DNA from: Chloroflexota bacterium
GTDB taxonomy: Bacteria; Chloroflexota; Limnocylindria; P2-11E
DNA: 51,979 nt
Direction: 5' to 3'
NCBI GenBank assembly: GCA_016875795.1
Contig: VGOU01000001.1
Coordinates: 1 to 51,979, forward strand
A program made the position numbers and the translations under genes. The notes beneath the pieces were generated by a model. The model saw only the letters and a program-made list of their open reading frames with translations. It was not told the DNA's origin and did not search any database. Of this stretch, positions 30,134-39,742 are shown one piece after another. Positions within the stretch are counted from its first letter, which is position 1. Each line of letters begins with the position of its first letter.

Positions 30134-30885
30134 GTGAGCCGATGCTCGAGGCGGCGGATCGGCGCGAACCAGTCGTCGGTCCCCGCGAGCTTCCCGATCA
30201 GGCCACTTTCCCGGTCGGTCCCGTGGATCTCGTTTCGCCGCAGACGCAGGGGGTCCGCGCCCTCGCGATTCGCGCCGGGCTCGCTCGTCACCGCATACGC
30301 GTACCCTGCGAGCGCGGCCGCCCGGCGAGCGTGCGCCGGCGCGAGGCCGTACGGATACGCGAGCCCCGTGACCTCGACCCCGAGACGGTCCTCGATGAGG
30401 ATCTTCGACGCGCGGTAGCGCTCCGCGAGCACGGCGGCTTGGACGCCGCACGGCCGTTCGTGCGCGAGATCGTGGGAGCCCACCTCGAACCCTTCGCGCG
30501 CCAGGGCGGCGAGCTCGGTCCAGCTGCACGTCCCCGTCCCCCCGCGCTCGACCCACGCGGGGACGACGAAGAGCGTCGCCGCGTATCCCATCGCCACGAG
30601 GACGGCGCACGCGTCGACGACGGACGCGTGGCCGTCGTCGAACGACAGCGCGACGACCCCGTCGGGGGAGCCGTCACCCCGCATCGCGGCGATCGTCGTG
30701 CCGCGCAGCCCGCGCGACCGCAGCCATCCCTGATGCGCGCGGAAGGCCTCGGGGTCGACGGCGCCGATCGGATCCGCGCCGCGCCGCACCTCGTGATAGA
30801 GGAGGATGCGACCCCGCGTCGGCCGCCGGCGCACGAGCCCGAACACCCCGTTGACGCGGGCCCGCAGGGCGCCGCGCACGCTCAC
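30124..30885 (-). CDS. polysaccharide deacetylase (NodB/CE4)
   Basis: LSFDDGHASV (motif 1), GSHDLAHE (motif 2) and LAYPYG (motif 3). GTG 30885 forms a GTGA overlap. Confidence 0.85.
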   Translation of the reverse strand: MSVRGALRARVNGVFGLVRRRPTRGRILLYHEVRRGADPIGAVDPEAFRAHQGWLRSRGLRGTTIAAMRGDGSPDGVVALSFDDGHASVVDACAVLVAMGYAATLFVVPAWVERGGTGTCSWTELAALAREGFEVGSHDLAHERPCGVQAAVLAERYRASKILIEDRLGVEVTGLAYPYGLAPAHARRAAALAGYAYAVTSEPGANREGADPLRLRRNEIHGTDRESGLIGKLAGTDDWFAPIRRLEHRLTCG

Positions 30886-31685
30886 CGCGTCGCCCACAGG
30901 ATGAGGCTGTGGCCGTCGACGAGTTCGCTCCGGACCTCGCCGAACGCCCTCGCGACCTCGGTCCGCACGAGGTCGACCGTGAGCGGCGACAGCCGCTGGC
31001 GGACGCCCGGGTTGGCGTAGGTGAAGCGCGCCACGGCGATCATGCCGGCGAGGTCGCCCGTTCGGATGCGGGACAGGATCCAGCCGATGAGCCCACGGAG
31101 CCCGCTGCCTCGCTCGCCGATGACCTGCGTCATCACGCAGAGCCGTCCGCCGTCGCGCAGGACGCGGGCGCACTCGCGGACGAGGGCGCCACGGTCCGCC
31201 ACGTGGTCGAGCACCGCCCAGAGCATGACCGAGCCGAACTGCGCGTCGCCGAACGGAAGGCGCTCGCCACGCGCGACGACGAGCGGTGCCGGGACGTGGT
31301 CGACCATCCCTGCCGCGACGGGGTCGATGGGGTCGGCGCCGACGTACTGTCCCGCTGGGAACGCGGCCGACTTCTCCGCGCGCCCGGCCCCCACGTCGAG
31401 CACCGGCGGACGCGGATCGGCGAGCACGAGGAACCGCTCGAATAGCCGTGCGTTGAGGCGCCGCTGACGGGCCGAGAACGGGACGCGGTAGTAGTCGCGG
31501 ATCCACGTGACGTACGACGCGTCCGGCGCCCCGAGGTCGCCCCGTAGCAGGTGCGGGATCCCGCTCCGCACCTCGTACCGATGCCCGCGCGCGCATTCGC
31601 AGGCCGCGGGGCCGCACGCGAGGCCCTCGCCGCACTCGGGGCATCGCAGCCGCAGCCACGGCGGCAGCGGCGGCGCCGCCGTCAT
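30882..31685 (-). CDS. SAM-dependent methyltransferase with N-terminal Trm112-like zinc ribbon
   Basis: LRCPECGEGL...CECARGHRYEVRSGIPHLL. VLDVGAGRA. VMLWAVLDHV. ATG 31685 forms an ATGA overlap. Confidence 0.8.
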   Translation of the reverse strand: MTAAPPLPPWLRLRCPECGEGLACGPAACECARGHRYEVRSGIPHLLRGDLGAPDASYVTWIRDYYRVPFSARQRRLNARLFERFLVLADPRPPVLDVGAGRAEKSAAFPAGQYVGADPIDPVAAGMVDHVPAPLVVARGERLPFGDAQFGSVMLWAVLDHVADRGALVRECARVLRDGGRLCVMTQVIGERGSGLRGLIGWILSRIRTGDLAGMIAVARFTYANPGVRQRLSPLTVDLVRTEVARAFGEVRSELVDGHSLILWATR

Positions 31686-32863
31686 CCGCCGCGGGCCTCG
31701 ATCGCGCGGTCGATCTGCGATGTCATGTGCTCGAGGGTCCGAGCCCAGCTGTACCGCTCGGCGAGAGCACGGCGGTCGACCGCGGCGCCTCGCTCGGCGA
31801 TCGCCGCCCGGATCGCCGCGGCCATCCCGGACGGATCGTCCGCGACGCGCACCGCGGCGTCGGGATAGCCGAGCAGCCGGACCTCGGGCAGCGAGGTCGA
31901 GACGACCGGCTTGTCGCGCGCCAGGTACTCGTGCAGCTTCGTCGGCCAGACGGTCTCGGTGAACGCGGAGCGCCGGTACGGGATCAGGCAGACGTCGAAT
32001 CCGTCGATGTAGGCAGGCAGGTCGCCGTACGAGCGCCGTCCTACGAAGTGCGCGTTCGGCTCCCGCTCGATCGGCCAGTCACCGGAGACCTTGGGGCCGA
32101 TGAAGACGAACTGCACTGCCGGCATGGCTCGGACGACCTCGTGCAGCAGCTCCACGTCGACGTGACTGTGGAGCCCACCGACATAGCCGACTCGCGGGCC
32201 CGGGATCGCTCCCAGGTCGGCCGGCAGGGGATGCGGCGCCCCGAAGAAGCCGTCTCCGACGGAGAATGGTGCGAGCACGACCCGCGGATGACGCTGAGCG
32301 AGACGGCGTTGCAGGACGCGACCGCCTGCGAAGACGACGTCGACCTCCTTCAGCATCTCGTCTTCGCTGCGCCGCATCTCGCTCGGGCGGTCGGTCACCT
32401 CTTCGAAGTCCGCGACGCAGTAGTACACGCTGCACACGCGACGTCCGCGGAACGCCCTCACCGCGTCGACGGCGACCGGCGTCGGCACGAACGACCAGAC
32501 CACCGGATCACCGAGGCCGAGAGCCCTCGCCCGCAAGGGGAGCCGGCGGGCGAACACGGCACGGTTCACCGCGCGCGCGACCCGTGACCACGGGAACGGG
32601 AGTACGACCGGTGAGATCACGAAGATCCGATCCTGCGCCGATCGGCCGATCGGCCGCCCGCGTGGGGCCCGGATCCATGCGATCGCGCGTGCGACTATCC
32701 GGCGCCAGTCCTCGAGGTAGGGGGCACGGACACCCATGTGGTCGACATACACGACGCGGCCGCCCGCGTGCGATAGCCGCGTCATCACCTCCTGCGGCCC
32801 CTGCCAGAGGTATCCCCAGTCGATGCTCGAGATGCAGACGTGGTCGAGCCCTTGAGCCGTCAT
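31682..32863 (-). CDS. GT-B glycosyltransferase (GT1/GT4-like, TuaH-like)
   Basis: VGYVGGLHSHVDVELL, FVFIGPK, FDVCLIPY and PTKLHEYLARDKPVVST. ATG 32863 forms an ATGA overlap with the flippase stop. Confidence 0.8.
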   Translation of the reverse strand: MTAQGLDHVCISSIDWGYLWQGPQEVMTRLSHAGGRVVYVDHMGVRAPYLEDWRRIVARAIAWIRAPRGRPIGRSAQDRIFVISPVVLPFPWSRVARAVNRAVFARRLPLRARALGLGDPVVWSFVPTPVAVDAVRAFRGRRVCSVYYCVADFEEVTDRPSEMRRSEDEMLKEVDVVFAGGRVLQRRLAQRHPRVVLAPFSVGDGFFGAPHPLPADLGAIPGPRVGYVGGLHSHVDVELLHEVVRAMPAVQFVFIGPKVSGDWPIEREPNAHFVGRRSYGDLPAYIDGFDVCLIPYRRSAFTETVWPTKLHEYLARDKPVVSTSLPEVRLLGYPDAAVRVADDPSGMAAAIRAAIAERGAAVDRRALAERYSWARTLEHMTSQIDRAIEARGG

Positions 32864-34308
32864 CCTATCGGCGCCAGGAGCAGCCGGCTGACGCGACCGA
32901 ACCCCGGGCCGATCCCTTCGAGGTAGCTCATCTCACGCGGCTCCATGATCCGAAGCGACCGGATCAGGACCAGGAGCAGGATCAGCGCGAGCGAGGTGGC
33001 CACCACTTCGCCCAGCGGCGCCGCCGTCAGCGCGATCGCGGCCGGCGCTACACCGAGGACGGCCGTACGTAGCGCGGCGACGGCCCCGAAGGCCCGGAGC
33101 TGCCTGACGGCGAACGCGAGGACCGCGACGACGACGACCTCCCCGAGCGCGAGGCCGACCGCAGCTGCGGCCGTGCCGAGCGGCGTCGCGAGCGACACCA
33201 CGGCCACGTTCACCGTGACACCGAGGAGTTGCGCCACGATGAGAGCCCTCTGCTGCCGCAGCGCGAGCACGAGAGGCACCAAGAGCATGTGCACGTACAG
33301 GACGACGATCGCCAGAGCGAGGAACCTGATGATCTGGCGCGCCTCGTCGAACTCCGCGCCGAACACCGCGCCGACAAGGAGCGGGCCGGCTCCGAGCAGG
33401 ATGAGCGCGACGACGAGACCCAGGAGGACCCCGGTCTTCACGCTGGAGCGGAACAGCCACGGGATCGTCGGCCGCTCCTCGAAGACGTATCGGCTCGTGA
33501 GGGGCAGCAAGACGGTGGCTATCACGGCGGGGATCGCGACGAGCGGCTCGATGAGCCGGAACGCGGCGGCGACGTTGCCGGCGGCCACGCTGCCAAGGCT
33601 CATTCCCGTGACCACGATGCCGGACCGGAGATTGATGCTCTCGAGGAGCCACACGACCGCCAGCGGCAGTCCGGTCCAGAACAACGCGGGGACCATCCCC
33701 CACGCCGGGCGGACAGGGAGGAGGAAGTGACGGAGCGCCTCTGCCGCGGTGCCCGCGAACACGATCGCGGCGGCGACCACGAGCGCCTTTGCGAGACCGA
33801 CCAGGCCGAAGCCGCCGATGAGGGTGAACAGCGTGAGGGCGAGGCGGACCACGGCATCCAACGACTGGGCCGCGGCATCGAACTCCATCCGCTCGTGGGC
33901 TTGGAAGACCGCGCGCGCGAGGTATGTGAGCGAGTCGAACGCCTTGGCGATCGCCACGAGCACGGCCACCTCGACGAGCTCCGGAGGGAACGACAGCGAC
34001 CAGCACACGAAGAACGTGACCGCGACCGTGAGAGCCGCCAGCACGAGCTTCGGCACCAGGGTCGCAACGGCGAGAGCGCGCGCCAGGGCCGGTCGACCCG
34101 CTCCCTCGCGGATGAGGGCCCAGCTCAGACCGAGGTCGGTGAGCGCCTCCAGGGCGGTGGGGATGGAGAGGGCGATCGCGAACCGACCGAAATCGAACTC
34201 ACCGAGGTACCGCGCAAGGAAGAAGAGGCCGAGCAGCGTCGCGGCTTTCTGGGCCACGAACGCCGCGAACAGCCAGCGCAAGTTCCACGCGAGTCGATGG
34301 CTTCGCAA
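32860..34308 (-). CDS. wzx: Wzx-like oligosaccharide flippase (MOP superfamily polysaccharide biosynthesis protein)
   Basis: 482 aa with about 12-14 TM helices. The N-terminus NLRWLFAAFVAQKAATLLGLFFLARYLG is typical. TTG start at 34308. Confidence 0.85.
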   Translation of the reverse strand: MRSHRLAWNLRWLFAAFVAQKAATLLGLFFLARYLGEFDFGRFAIALSIPTALEALTDLGLSWALIREGAGRPALARALAVATLVPKLVLAALTVAVTFFVCWSLSFPPELVEVAVLVAIAKAFDSLTYLARAVFQAHERMEFDAAAQSLDAVVRLALTLFTLIGGFGLVGLAKALVVAAAIVFAGTAAEALRHFLLPVRPAWGMVPALFWTGLPLAVVWLLESINLRSGIVVTGMSLGSVAAGNVAAAFRLIEPLVAIPAVIATVLLPLTSRYVFEERPTIPWLFRSSVKTGVLLGLVVALILLGAGPLLVGAVFGAEFDEARQIIRFLALAIVVLYVHMLLVPLVLALRQQRALIVAQLLGVTVNVAVVSLATPLGTAAAAVGLALGEVVVVAVLAFAVRQLRAFGAVAALRTAVLGVAPAAIALTAAPLGEVVATSLALILLLVLIRSLRIMEPREMSYLEGIGPGFGRVSRLLLAPIG

Positions 34309-34346
34309 CCGTGAGCAGTGTCACATGCGCGCTCGCGACGCGAGCG

Positions 34347-34928
34347 TCAGCCCGCTTCAGGACGAGCGGGCGCCCCCGCGACGCACGCCCCGTCCGCCAC
34401 GTCCCTGGTCACGACCGCGCCGGGCCGGATGACGGCCCGCTCGCCGACGATCACACCGGGAAGGATCACCGCACCACCGCCGATGGTCGCGCCGTCGCCG
34501 ATCCGAACGGGTCGGATGACGATCTCGGATCCGATGATCGGGACGTCGAGAGGGACGCCGGTGTGCATCCCCCCGAGGAGCTTCGCTCCCGCTCCCCAGC
34601 GCACTTCGCGGCCGATCCAGGCGTCGACGCAGTGCAGGTAGGAGTGCGCGCCGATGGTCGTCCCGGCTCCGATGACGAGCCGGCCGTCGAAGCGACCCTG
34701 GAGGAATGTGCCGGAGCCGATGGTGACGTCGTCCCCGATCGCGAACGTCTCGGGGTGCAGGACGAGGACGCCCACGCCGACCCGCACGTTCCGACCGAAC
34801 GAAGGGCACAGCCGGGCCAGCAGAGCCGAGCGTTCGCTCTCCGCCGCCGCCGAGTCCAGGTACGCGACGAGCGAGTACGCCTCGAGGAGCTCGGCCGAGG
34901 TGCGCTCCCCGCCCGTCGACCGCGTCAT
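34347..34928 (-). CDS. hexapeptide-repeat (LbH) acetyltransferase
   Basis: Repeated [LIV]G motifs: IGDDVTIGSGTF, IGAGTTIG, IGDGATIGGGAVILPGVIVGERAVIRPGAVV. Confidence 0.85.
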   Translation of the reverse strand: MTRSTGGERTSAELLEAYSLVAYLDSAAAESERSALLARLCPSFGRNVRVGVGVLVLHPETFAIGDDVTIGSGTFLQGRFDGRLVIGAGTTIGAHSYLHCVDAWIGREVRWGAGAKLLGGMHTGVPLDVPIIGSEIVIRPVRIGDGATIGGGAVILPGVIVGERAVIRPGAVVTRDVADGACVAGAPARPEAG

Positions 34929-35860
34929 CGTGCGCGGATCATCGCCAGGAGCGCGGGGATGTCGGCACCGATGCGGTCACCGGCCCTGAGCACACCGGCC
35001 GCGGGACCCTCGGCCTCGCCGGCGACCTGGACCCCATCCCCGGTGCTCACCCATGCGCCGCCGCCGGACGCGGAGCGGCGGATGACGGTCCCGGGGACCG
35101 CGACGGATCGGACGGGCGGATCAGCCAGCCGCGCGCGCCAGACGAAGATCGGTGTGCGACCGCGGATCGTGAAGGCGCCCGGATACGGATGCGTGACGGC
35201 GAGGACGAGGTCGTGGATCGCGTGGCCCGGCGCGGACCACTCGATCCAACCATCGCCCGGTACGCGCGGCATCGACAAGACCGTGTCCGCGTGTGACTGA
35301 GGACGGCGAGGCGCGGTGCCCGCGGCGATCTCGGGGAGTCGCTCGCGCAGCATCGCGAGAGCAAGGATGCGCGCGCGGTCACCGAGGTCGGCGATCGTGT
35401 CGTCGGGACCTATCTCGTACGTGCGTTGATCGATGATGTCGCCAGCATCCGCCTCCGGGACCATCCAGTGCAGCGTCACGCCAGCCGTCCGGTCGCCACG
35501 GAGGATGGCCCAGTTCTGCGGCGCGTCGCCGCGGTACAGCGGAAAGGCCGACTGGTGAACGTTCATCCCACCTAGCCTGGCGGTGTCGAGCACGCGTGAG
35601 CTCACGATCCGTTCCCACAAGAGGCTGACGAAGAGATCGATCCCCCACCCCGCGAGCTCGTCCCGCCGTGCGTCCAGGTCGGCGGTGAGATGGAATGGGA
35701 TCCGGTGCTCGGCGCAGAGCGCCGCGAATGCCGCCGCCCCCCGGCCTTCCGTGATCTCGTGCTCGGTCGTGAACGCCGCGAGGACGTCGTGCCCCTCGGA
35801 CACGAGGAGCTGCAGGCCCTCGTAACCGAGGCGGCGTGTCCCGAGGAGGACGATCCTCAC
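34925..35860 (-). CDS. sugar N-formyltransferase (Fmt/ArnA-N-like)
   Basis: MRIVLLGT, NVHQSAFPLYRGDAP (HxSLLPxxRG-type), GVTLHWMVPEADAGDII and a C-terminal Fmt-like domain. The ORF is intact at 311 aa. Confidence 0.85.
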   Translation of the reverse strand: MRIVLLGTRRLGYEGLQLLVSEGHDVLAAFTTEHEITEGRGAAAFAALCAEHRIPFHLTADLDARRDELAGWGIDLFVSLLWERIVSSRVLDTARLGGMNVHQSAFPLYRGDAPQNWAILRGDRTAGVTLHWMVPEADAGDIIDQRTYEIGPDDTIADLGDRARILALAMLRERLPEIAAGTAPRRPQSHADTVLSMPRVPGDGWIEWSAPGHAIHDLVLAVTHPYPGAFTIRGRTPIFVWRARLADPPVRSVAVPGTVIRRSASGGGAWVSTGDGVQVAGEAEGPAAGVLRAGDRIGADIPALLAMIRAR

Positions 35861-35915
35861 GGGCGCAACAGCCCGAGGTCAGCCATGCGAAGGCGTACGG
35901 TACCCTGCCGAGCGG

Positions 35916-36486
35916 ATGGCGATGACGCGCGCCGGGACGGACGTCACCGTGATCACGCTCGACATCGACTGGGCTCCCGATCACGCCATCGATCATGCCG
36001 CCGAGATCCCTCCGCGGCTGTGGCGTGAGAGCGACCTGGCTCGTGACCCCTGCGAGTGCCGCCGTGGAGCGTCTGCGGGCGGTCGATGACTTCGAGCTCG
36101 GCATCCACCAGAACTTCGCCGCGTCCTCGACGCATGGCTCGGACTTCGCGGCCGTTCTCGCCCGCTGCATGGACCTCGTGCCCGGAGCCACCACCATGCG
36201 GACGCATCGCCTGTTCCAGATGACGCCACTGTTCGATGTCTTGCTCGAACAGACCCCGATCCGAGCGGACCTCTCCCTGTACCTTCATCGCGCACCAGGC
36301 CTCACGCCGGTCACGTTCCGGAGCGCGGGCCGCGCTCTTCACCGCTTCCCGACGTACTGGCAGGACGACCAGGCGATGCTGGAGGAGGCTCCCTGCTGGG
36401 ATGCCGCGACGCTCCTGGCCCCTCGTGGGCTGAAGATCCTCAACTTCCATCCGATGCACGTGCTTCTCAACTCGAGCTCCTTCTAG
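35916..36486 (+). pseudogene. WbmS-like polysaccharide deacetylase, 5' portion: +1 frameshift near 36008..36010, then truncated by an IS insertion
   Basis: Frame 0 from ATG 35916/35922 reads MAMTRAGTDVTVITLDIDWAPDHAIDHAAEI. Homology continues in ORF 35995..36486 as RGCGVRATWLVTP...ELGIHQNF...ILNFHPMHVLLNSSSF. Dropping one C from CCC at 36008..36010 restores EILRGCGV. The ORF ends at the TAG that abuts the IS. Confidence 0.65.
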
Positions 36487-37833
36487 GGACCTGCTGAAAA
36501 ACTCGTTCGCAGGATCTTCCCACGAACGGCCGGACGTGCGATCATGAGCTCAAGGGAGCGCATCAACGACCGGAGGGTACGGCGATGCGCGGTGAGGACG
36601 AGCGGCCGGCAGCGATGTGGACGTACATCCGTCTCGAGGAACGCGTCCCCAAGGATCATCCCCTGCGCGCCATCCGGCGCTTCACGGACAAGGCCTTGGC
36701 CGAGCTCGATCCCGTCTTCGAGCGCATGTACAAGAAGACCGGGCGCCCCAGCATCCCACCCGAATGGCTGCTGCGTGCCCTCGTGCTGCAGCTGCTGTAC
36801 AGCGTCCGCAGCGAGCGCCTCCTCATGGAGCGTCTCGATCACGACCTGCTCTTCCGCTGGTTCGTCGGGCTCGACATCGACACCCCGGTCTGGGACCCCA
36901 GTACCTTCAGCCAGAACCGCGACAAGTTCGTGGACCGCGAGGTCGCTCGGCGCTTCCTGGCCGCGGTGGTCACCCAGGCCACGGAGAAGGGGCTCACCAG
37001 CGACGAGCACTTCAGCGTGGACGGCACGCTCATCCAGGCCTGGGCCTCGCAGGCGAGCTTCCGACCCAAGGACGAGACCGGCGGACCGGGCCGCGCCGGC
37101 GGGGCCGGCGGCGAAGGCGACTTCAAGGGGCAACGCCGGGGCAACGACACCCACCAGAGCACCACCGACCCGGACGCGCGCCTCTATCGCAAGGGTCCCG
37201 GGCAGGAGGCGCGTCTGGCGTACATCGGCAACGTCATGATCGAGCACCGATCCGGCCTCGCCGTCGGCGGATGCGTGGCGGTCGCCTCGGGCACGGCCGA
37301 GCGCGACGCTGCGCTCACCCTCCTCGGACCACCCCAGCAGAAGGGCGCTCCGCCTCACCGCACCCTCGGCGCCGACAAGGCCTACGACACCGCCGACTTC
37401 GTCGCCGCCTGCCGCGAGCGCGGGGTCACGCCGCACGTCTGCCAGAACACCACCGGCCGCCGCTCGGCCATCGATGGCCGCACCACCCGCCACGTGGGCT
37501 ATGCCATGAGCCAGTACGCCCGCCGCATCGGCGAGGGCGTCAACGGCTGGATCAAGGCCATCGCCCTCCAGCGCCAGACCCACCTGCGCGGACGGCCGCG
37601 CGTCGACTGGATGTTCGTCTTCGCGCTCGCGGTGTACGACCTGGTGCGCCTCCGACGCCTCCTCGGAAGTGCGGCGTGATCGGATCGCACACCACGATGG
37701 AGCGAGGGCGCGCGGAGCGCATCGATGAGCGCGGAACGGCGATGGTCGATCCTTCCAAGGGTCGCGCGGTCGAATGAGCGCCTCAGGATCATTCATGAAG
37801 GCGGCCTGTATGTGCCGTTCTTCATCAGGTCCC
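36487..37833 (+). mobile_element. IS5-family insertion sequence, 1347 bp, flanked by TAG/TAG (or CTAG) direct repeats
   Basis: IRL is GGGACCTGCTGAAAAAC (36487..36503). IRR reverse complement is GGGACCTGATGAAGAAC (37833..37817). They match at 15/17 positions. TAG at 36484..36486 and 37834..37836. It carries a single transposase ORF. Confidence 0.85.
36585..37679 (+). CDS. IS5-family DDE transposase (InsH-type N-terminal domain plus DDE_Tnp_1)
   Basis: PPEWLLRALVLQLLYSVRSERLLMERLDHDLLFRWFVGL, FSVDGTLIQAWAS, THQSTTDPDARLYRK, LGADKAYDT and IGEGVNGWIK. Confidence 0.9.
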   Translation: MRGEDERPAAMWTYIRLEERVPKDHPLRAIRRFTDKALAELDPVFERMYKKTGRPSIPPEWLLRALVLQLLYSVRSERLLMERLDHDLLFRWFVGLDIDTPVWDPSTFSQNRDKFVDREVARRFLAAVVTQATEKGLTSDEHFSVDGTLIQAWASQASFRPKDETGGPGRAGGAGGEGDFKGQRRGNDTHQSTTDPDARLYRKGPGQEARLAYIGNVMIEHRSGLAVGGCVAVASGTAERDAALTLLGPPQQKGAPPHRTLGADKAYDTADFVAACRERGVTPHVCQNTTGRRSAIDGRTTRHVGYAMSQYARRIGEGVNGWIKAIALQRQTHLRGRPRVDWMFVFALAVYDLVRLRRLLGSAA

Positions 37834-37836
37834 TAG

Positions 37837-38012
37837 GCGTACCGGGCCTTGAAGGATCTCGGCCGCCGCGCCGACCTCGACCACTCGCAGACGGCGGCAC
37901 GCCTCAGGCACGGACCCGGCCCTGCGACGCTCTTCCGCGATGTCGTCGCGTCGCTGGCCGGAGGCGCCACCTGGAGGATCCGCTATCTCGCGGCGCAGCG
38001 AGGGGATGCGTA
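37837..38012 (+). pseudogene. 3' portion of the IS-disrupted WbmS-like deacetylase gene
   Basis: My translation is AYRALKDLGRRADLDHSQTAARLRHGPGPATLFRDVVASLAGGATWRIRYLAAQRGDA, stop at 38010..38012. Third positions are strongly G/C. It is in the same frame (mod 3) as the 5' portion once 36487..37836 (1350 nt) is removed. Confidence 0.55.
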
Positions 38013-38039
38013 GGAGCCGGCCGCTGACGAGCGGTGGGT

Positions 38040-38768
38040 TCAGCCGCGCCGCAGCAGGCGGTGTGCCACCGCGGCACGCAGGATGTGCATGAGCGTCGCC
38101 AGGCTGTCACCGAGACGCCCGCTCTTCGACGTGCCCGACAGGCGCGGCAGCACCTCAGCCTGCTCCAGGGAGATCCGCGCGCCGCGCTGGCGCGCAAGGA
38201 ATAGCCACTCGACGATCACAGCGACGCCTAGGTCGCCGGACACGACCGGCAGCGCGCGCACGAGGTCGCCCCGGAAGAGGAAGCACACGCCGTAGTCACC
38301 TGGCAGTGAGACGCCGAGCGCCAAGCGCGTCACGAGGTGGAAGCCGGTCGTGAGAAGCCGACGATGAAGCGGACGTTGCCAGCGCGTTCGGATCCCGACG
38401 ACGATGTCCGATGCGCCACGAACGTCGTAGAACCGGCGCGCCGTTGACGATTCCATCTGACCGTCGGCCGGCTGGATGAACACCCAGTCGCCCCGCGACT
38501 CCGCGATGCAGGTCCGCCAGCCGGCTCCGAGCCCGCGGTTGCGGCCATGGTGCACCGCTCGGACTTCCGCGAGCTCGGCGGCGAGTTGGTCGGCGATCAC
38601 CGCCGTGCCGTCCGTGCTGCCGTCATCGACGATGAGGATCTCGGTCGAAAGGTCCGTTGACCGTAGCGATGCGAGAACGTCGCGCACCACGCGCTCGAGG
38701 TTGCCCGCCTCGTCGAACGCCGGCATGGCGACCGTGAGTGCCGGACCGCCGGCGACCGCCGCTGTCAC
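38040..38768 (-). CDS. GT2 polyprenyl-phosphate sugar synthase (ArnC/DPM1-like)
   Basis: VAMPAFDEAGNL, ILIVDDGSTDGT, NRGLGAG and FIQPADGQ. GTG 38768 forms a GTGA overlap. Confidence 0.8.
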   Translation of the reverse strand: MTAAVAGGPALTVAMPAFDEAGNLERVVRDVLASLRSTDLSTEILIVDDGSTDGTAVIADQLAAELAEVRAVHHGRNRGLGAGWRTCIAESRGDWVFIQPADGQMESSTARRFYDVRGASDIVVGIRTRWQRPLHRRLLTTGFHLVTRLALGVSLPGDYGVCFLFRGDLVRALPVVSGDLGVAVIVEWLFLARQRGARISLEQAEVLPRLSGTSKSGRLGDSLATLMHILRAAVAHRLLRRG

Positions 38769-39742
38769 GCGGGCTCCGCCGCCACTGAGCGTGCGGCTGC
38801 CCGAACGCGCATGGCGATGTCGAGAGCCTCGATCGCTTCGCGCGGATGTAGGCGCGGAGCGAGTCCGCGCACACAGTCGAGGAAGTGCTCGAGTTCGAGG
38901 TACAGCGGCTCGGAGGTCGGGACGATCGGCTTCTCGATGACCGCCTCCTGCCGATAGCGCTGCTGATCCGTGGTGCCGACTGGATCCACCCGAGCGTTCC
39001 TGTACACGGACAGGTCTCTCTGTCGGTAGTTCACGACCACGAGCGAGCGATCGGTGGTCAACTCAAGGTCGCGCACGCGCTGCTGTGTGACCTTGCTCGC
39101 GATGAGGTCCGCGAGGATGCCGTTCTCGAACCCGAGGTGTGCCATGACGATCTCGAGCTCGCCGCGCTCATCCGTCGCGCCAAGGGCGCCGATGCTTCGC
39201 ACCCTGGAGCGGGCGATGGAGAGCGCGATGTCGATGTCATGGATCATGAGGTCGAGCACGACGTCCTCGTGGACACGTGGCGTTGGCGGGCTCAGCCGCC
39301 GCGCCGTGATGGCGAGAACGCGCTCCGAGGCAACGATCGAGGAGGCCTCCAGCACCGCCGGGTTGAATCGCTCCACGTGACCCACCTGCAGGACCAGACC
39401 GCGCCGCTCAGCAGCGGCGGTGAGCCCCCAGGCGTCATCGAGGTCGAGGGAGATCGGCTTCTCGACGAGAACGTGCACGCCGGCGGCGAGGAGATCCAGA
39501 GCGATGGGGACGTGGAGCGCCGTCGGAGTGGCGACCGAGACCGCATCGACCTTGCCGATCAGGTCGCGATGATGCGCGAATGCCTGTACACCGAAGCCCG
39601 AGGCGATCCGGTCGCGCGCGGCGGCATCGGGATCGACGACGCCGACGAGATCGGCCGTCCGGAGCATCGAGTACACACGGGCGTGGTTCGCACCCATGCT
39701 TCCAACGCCGACGATGCCGACCCTGACGCGAGCAGCCATCAC
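38765..39742 (-). CDS. Gfo/Idh/MocA-family NAD(P)-dependent sugar oxidoreductase
   Basis: VGIVGVGSMGANHARV, VLVEKPI and the C-terminal alpha/beta domain. Start is GTG 39742 (GTGA) or ATG 39739. Confidence 0.85.
   Translation of the reverse strand: MMAARVRVGIVGVGSMGANHARVYSMLRTADLVGVVDPDAAARDRIASGFGVQAFAHHRDLIGKVDAVSVATPTALHVPIALDLLAAGVHVLVEKPISLDLDDAWGLTAAAERRGLVLQVGHVERFNPAVLEASSIVASERVLAITARRLSPPTPRVHEDVVLDLMIHDIDIALSIARSRVRSIGALGATDERGELEIVMAHLGFENGILADLIASKVTQQRVRDLELTTDRSLVVVNYRQRDLSVYRNARVDPVGTTDQQRYRQEAVIEKPIVPTSEPLYLELEHFLDCVRGLAPRLHPREAIEALDIAMRVRAAARSVAAEPA

Noticed and set aside
36484-36486. In-frame TAG at the IS junction as pyrrolysine or suppression.
   Set aside because: No supporting machinery is visible, and the gene already carries an upstream frameshift. 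This is treated as a pseudogene feature or an ambiguity in defining the target site.
36487-37833. The IS as part of a larger composite transposon, prophage or integrative element delimiting the island.
   Set aside because: It is a single copy in the window. I see no integrase, tRNA gene or att-like long direct repeats, and the IS simply interrupts one gene.
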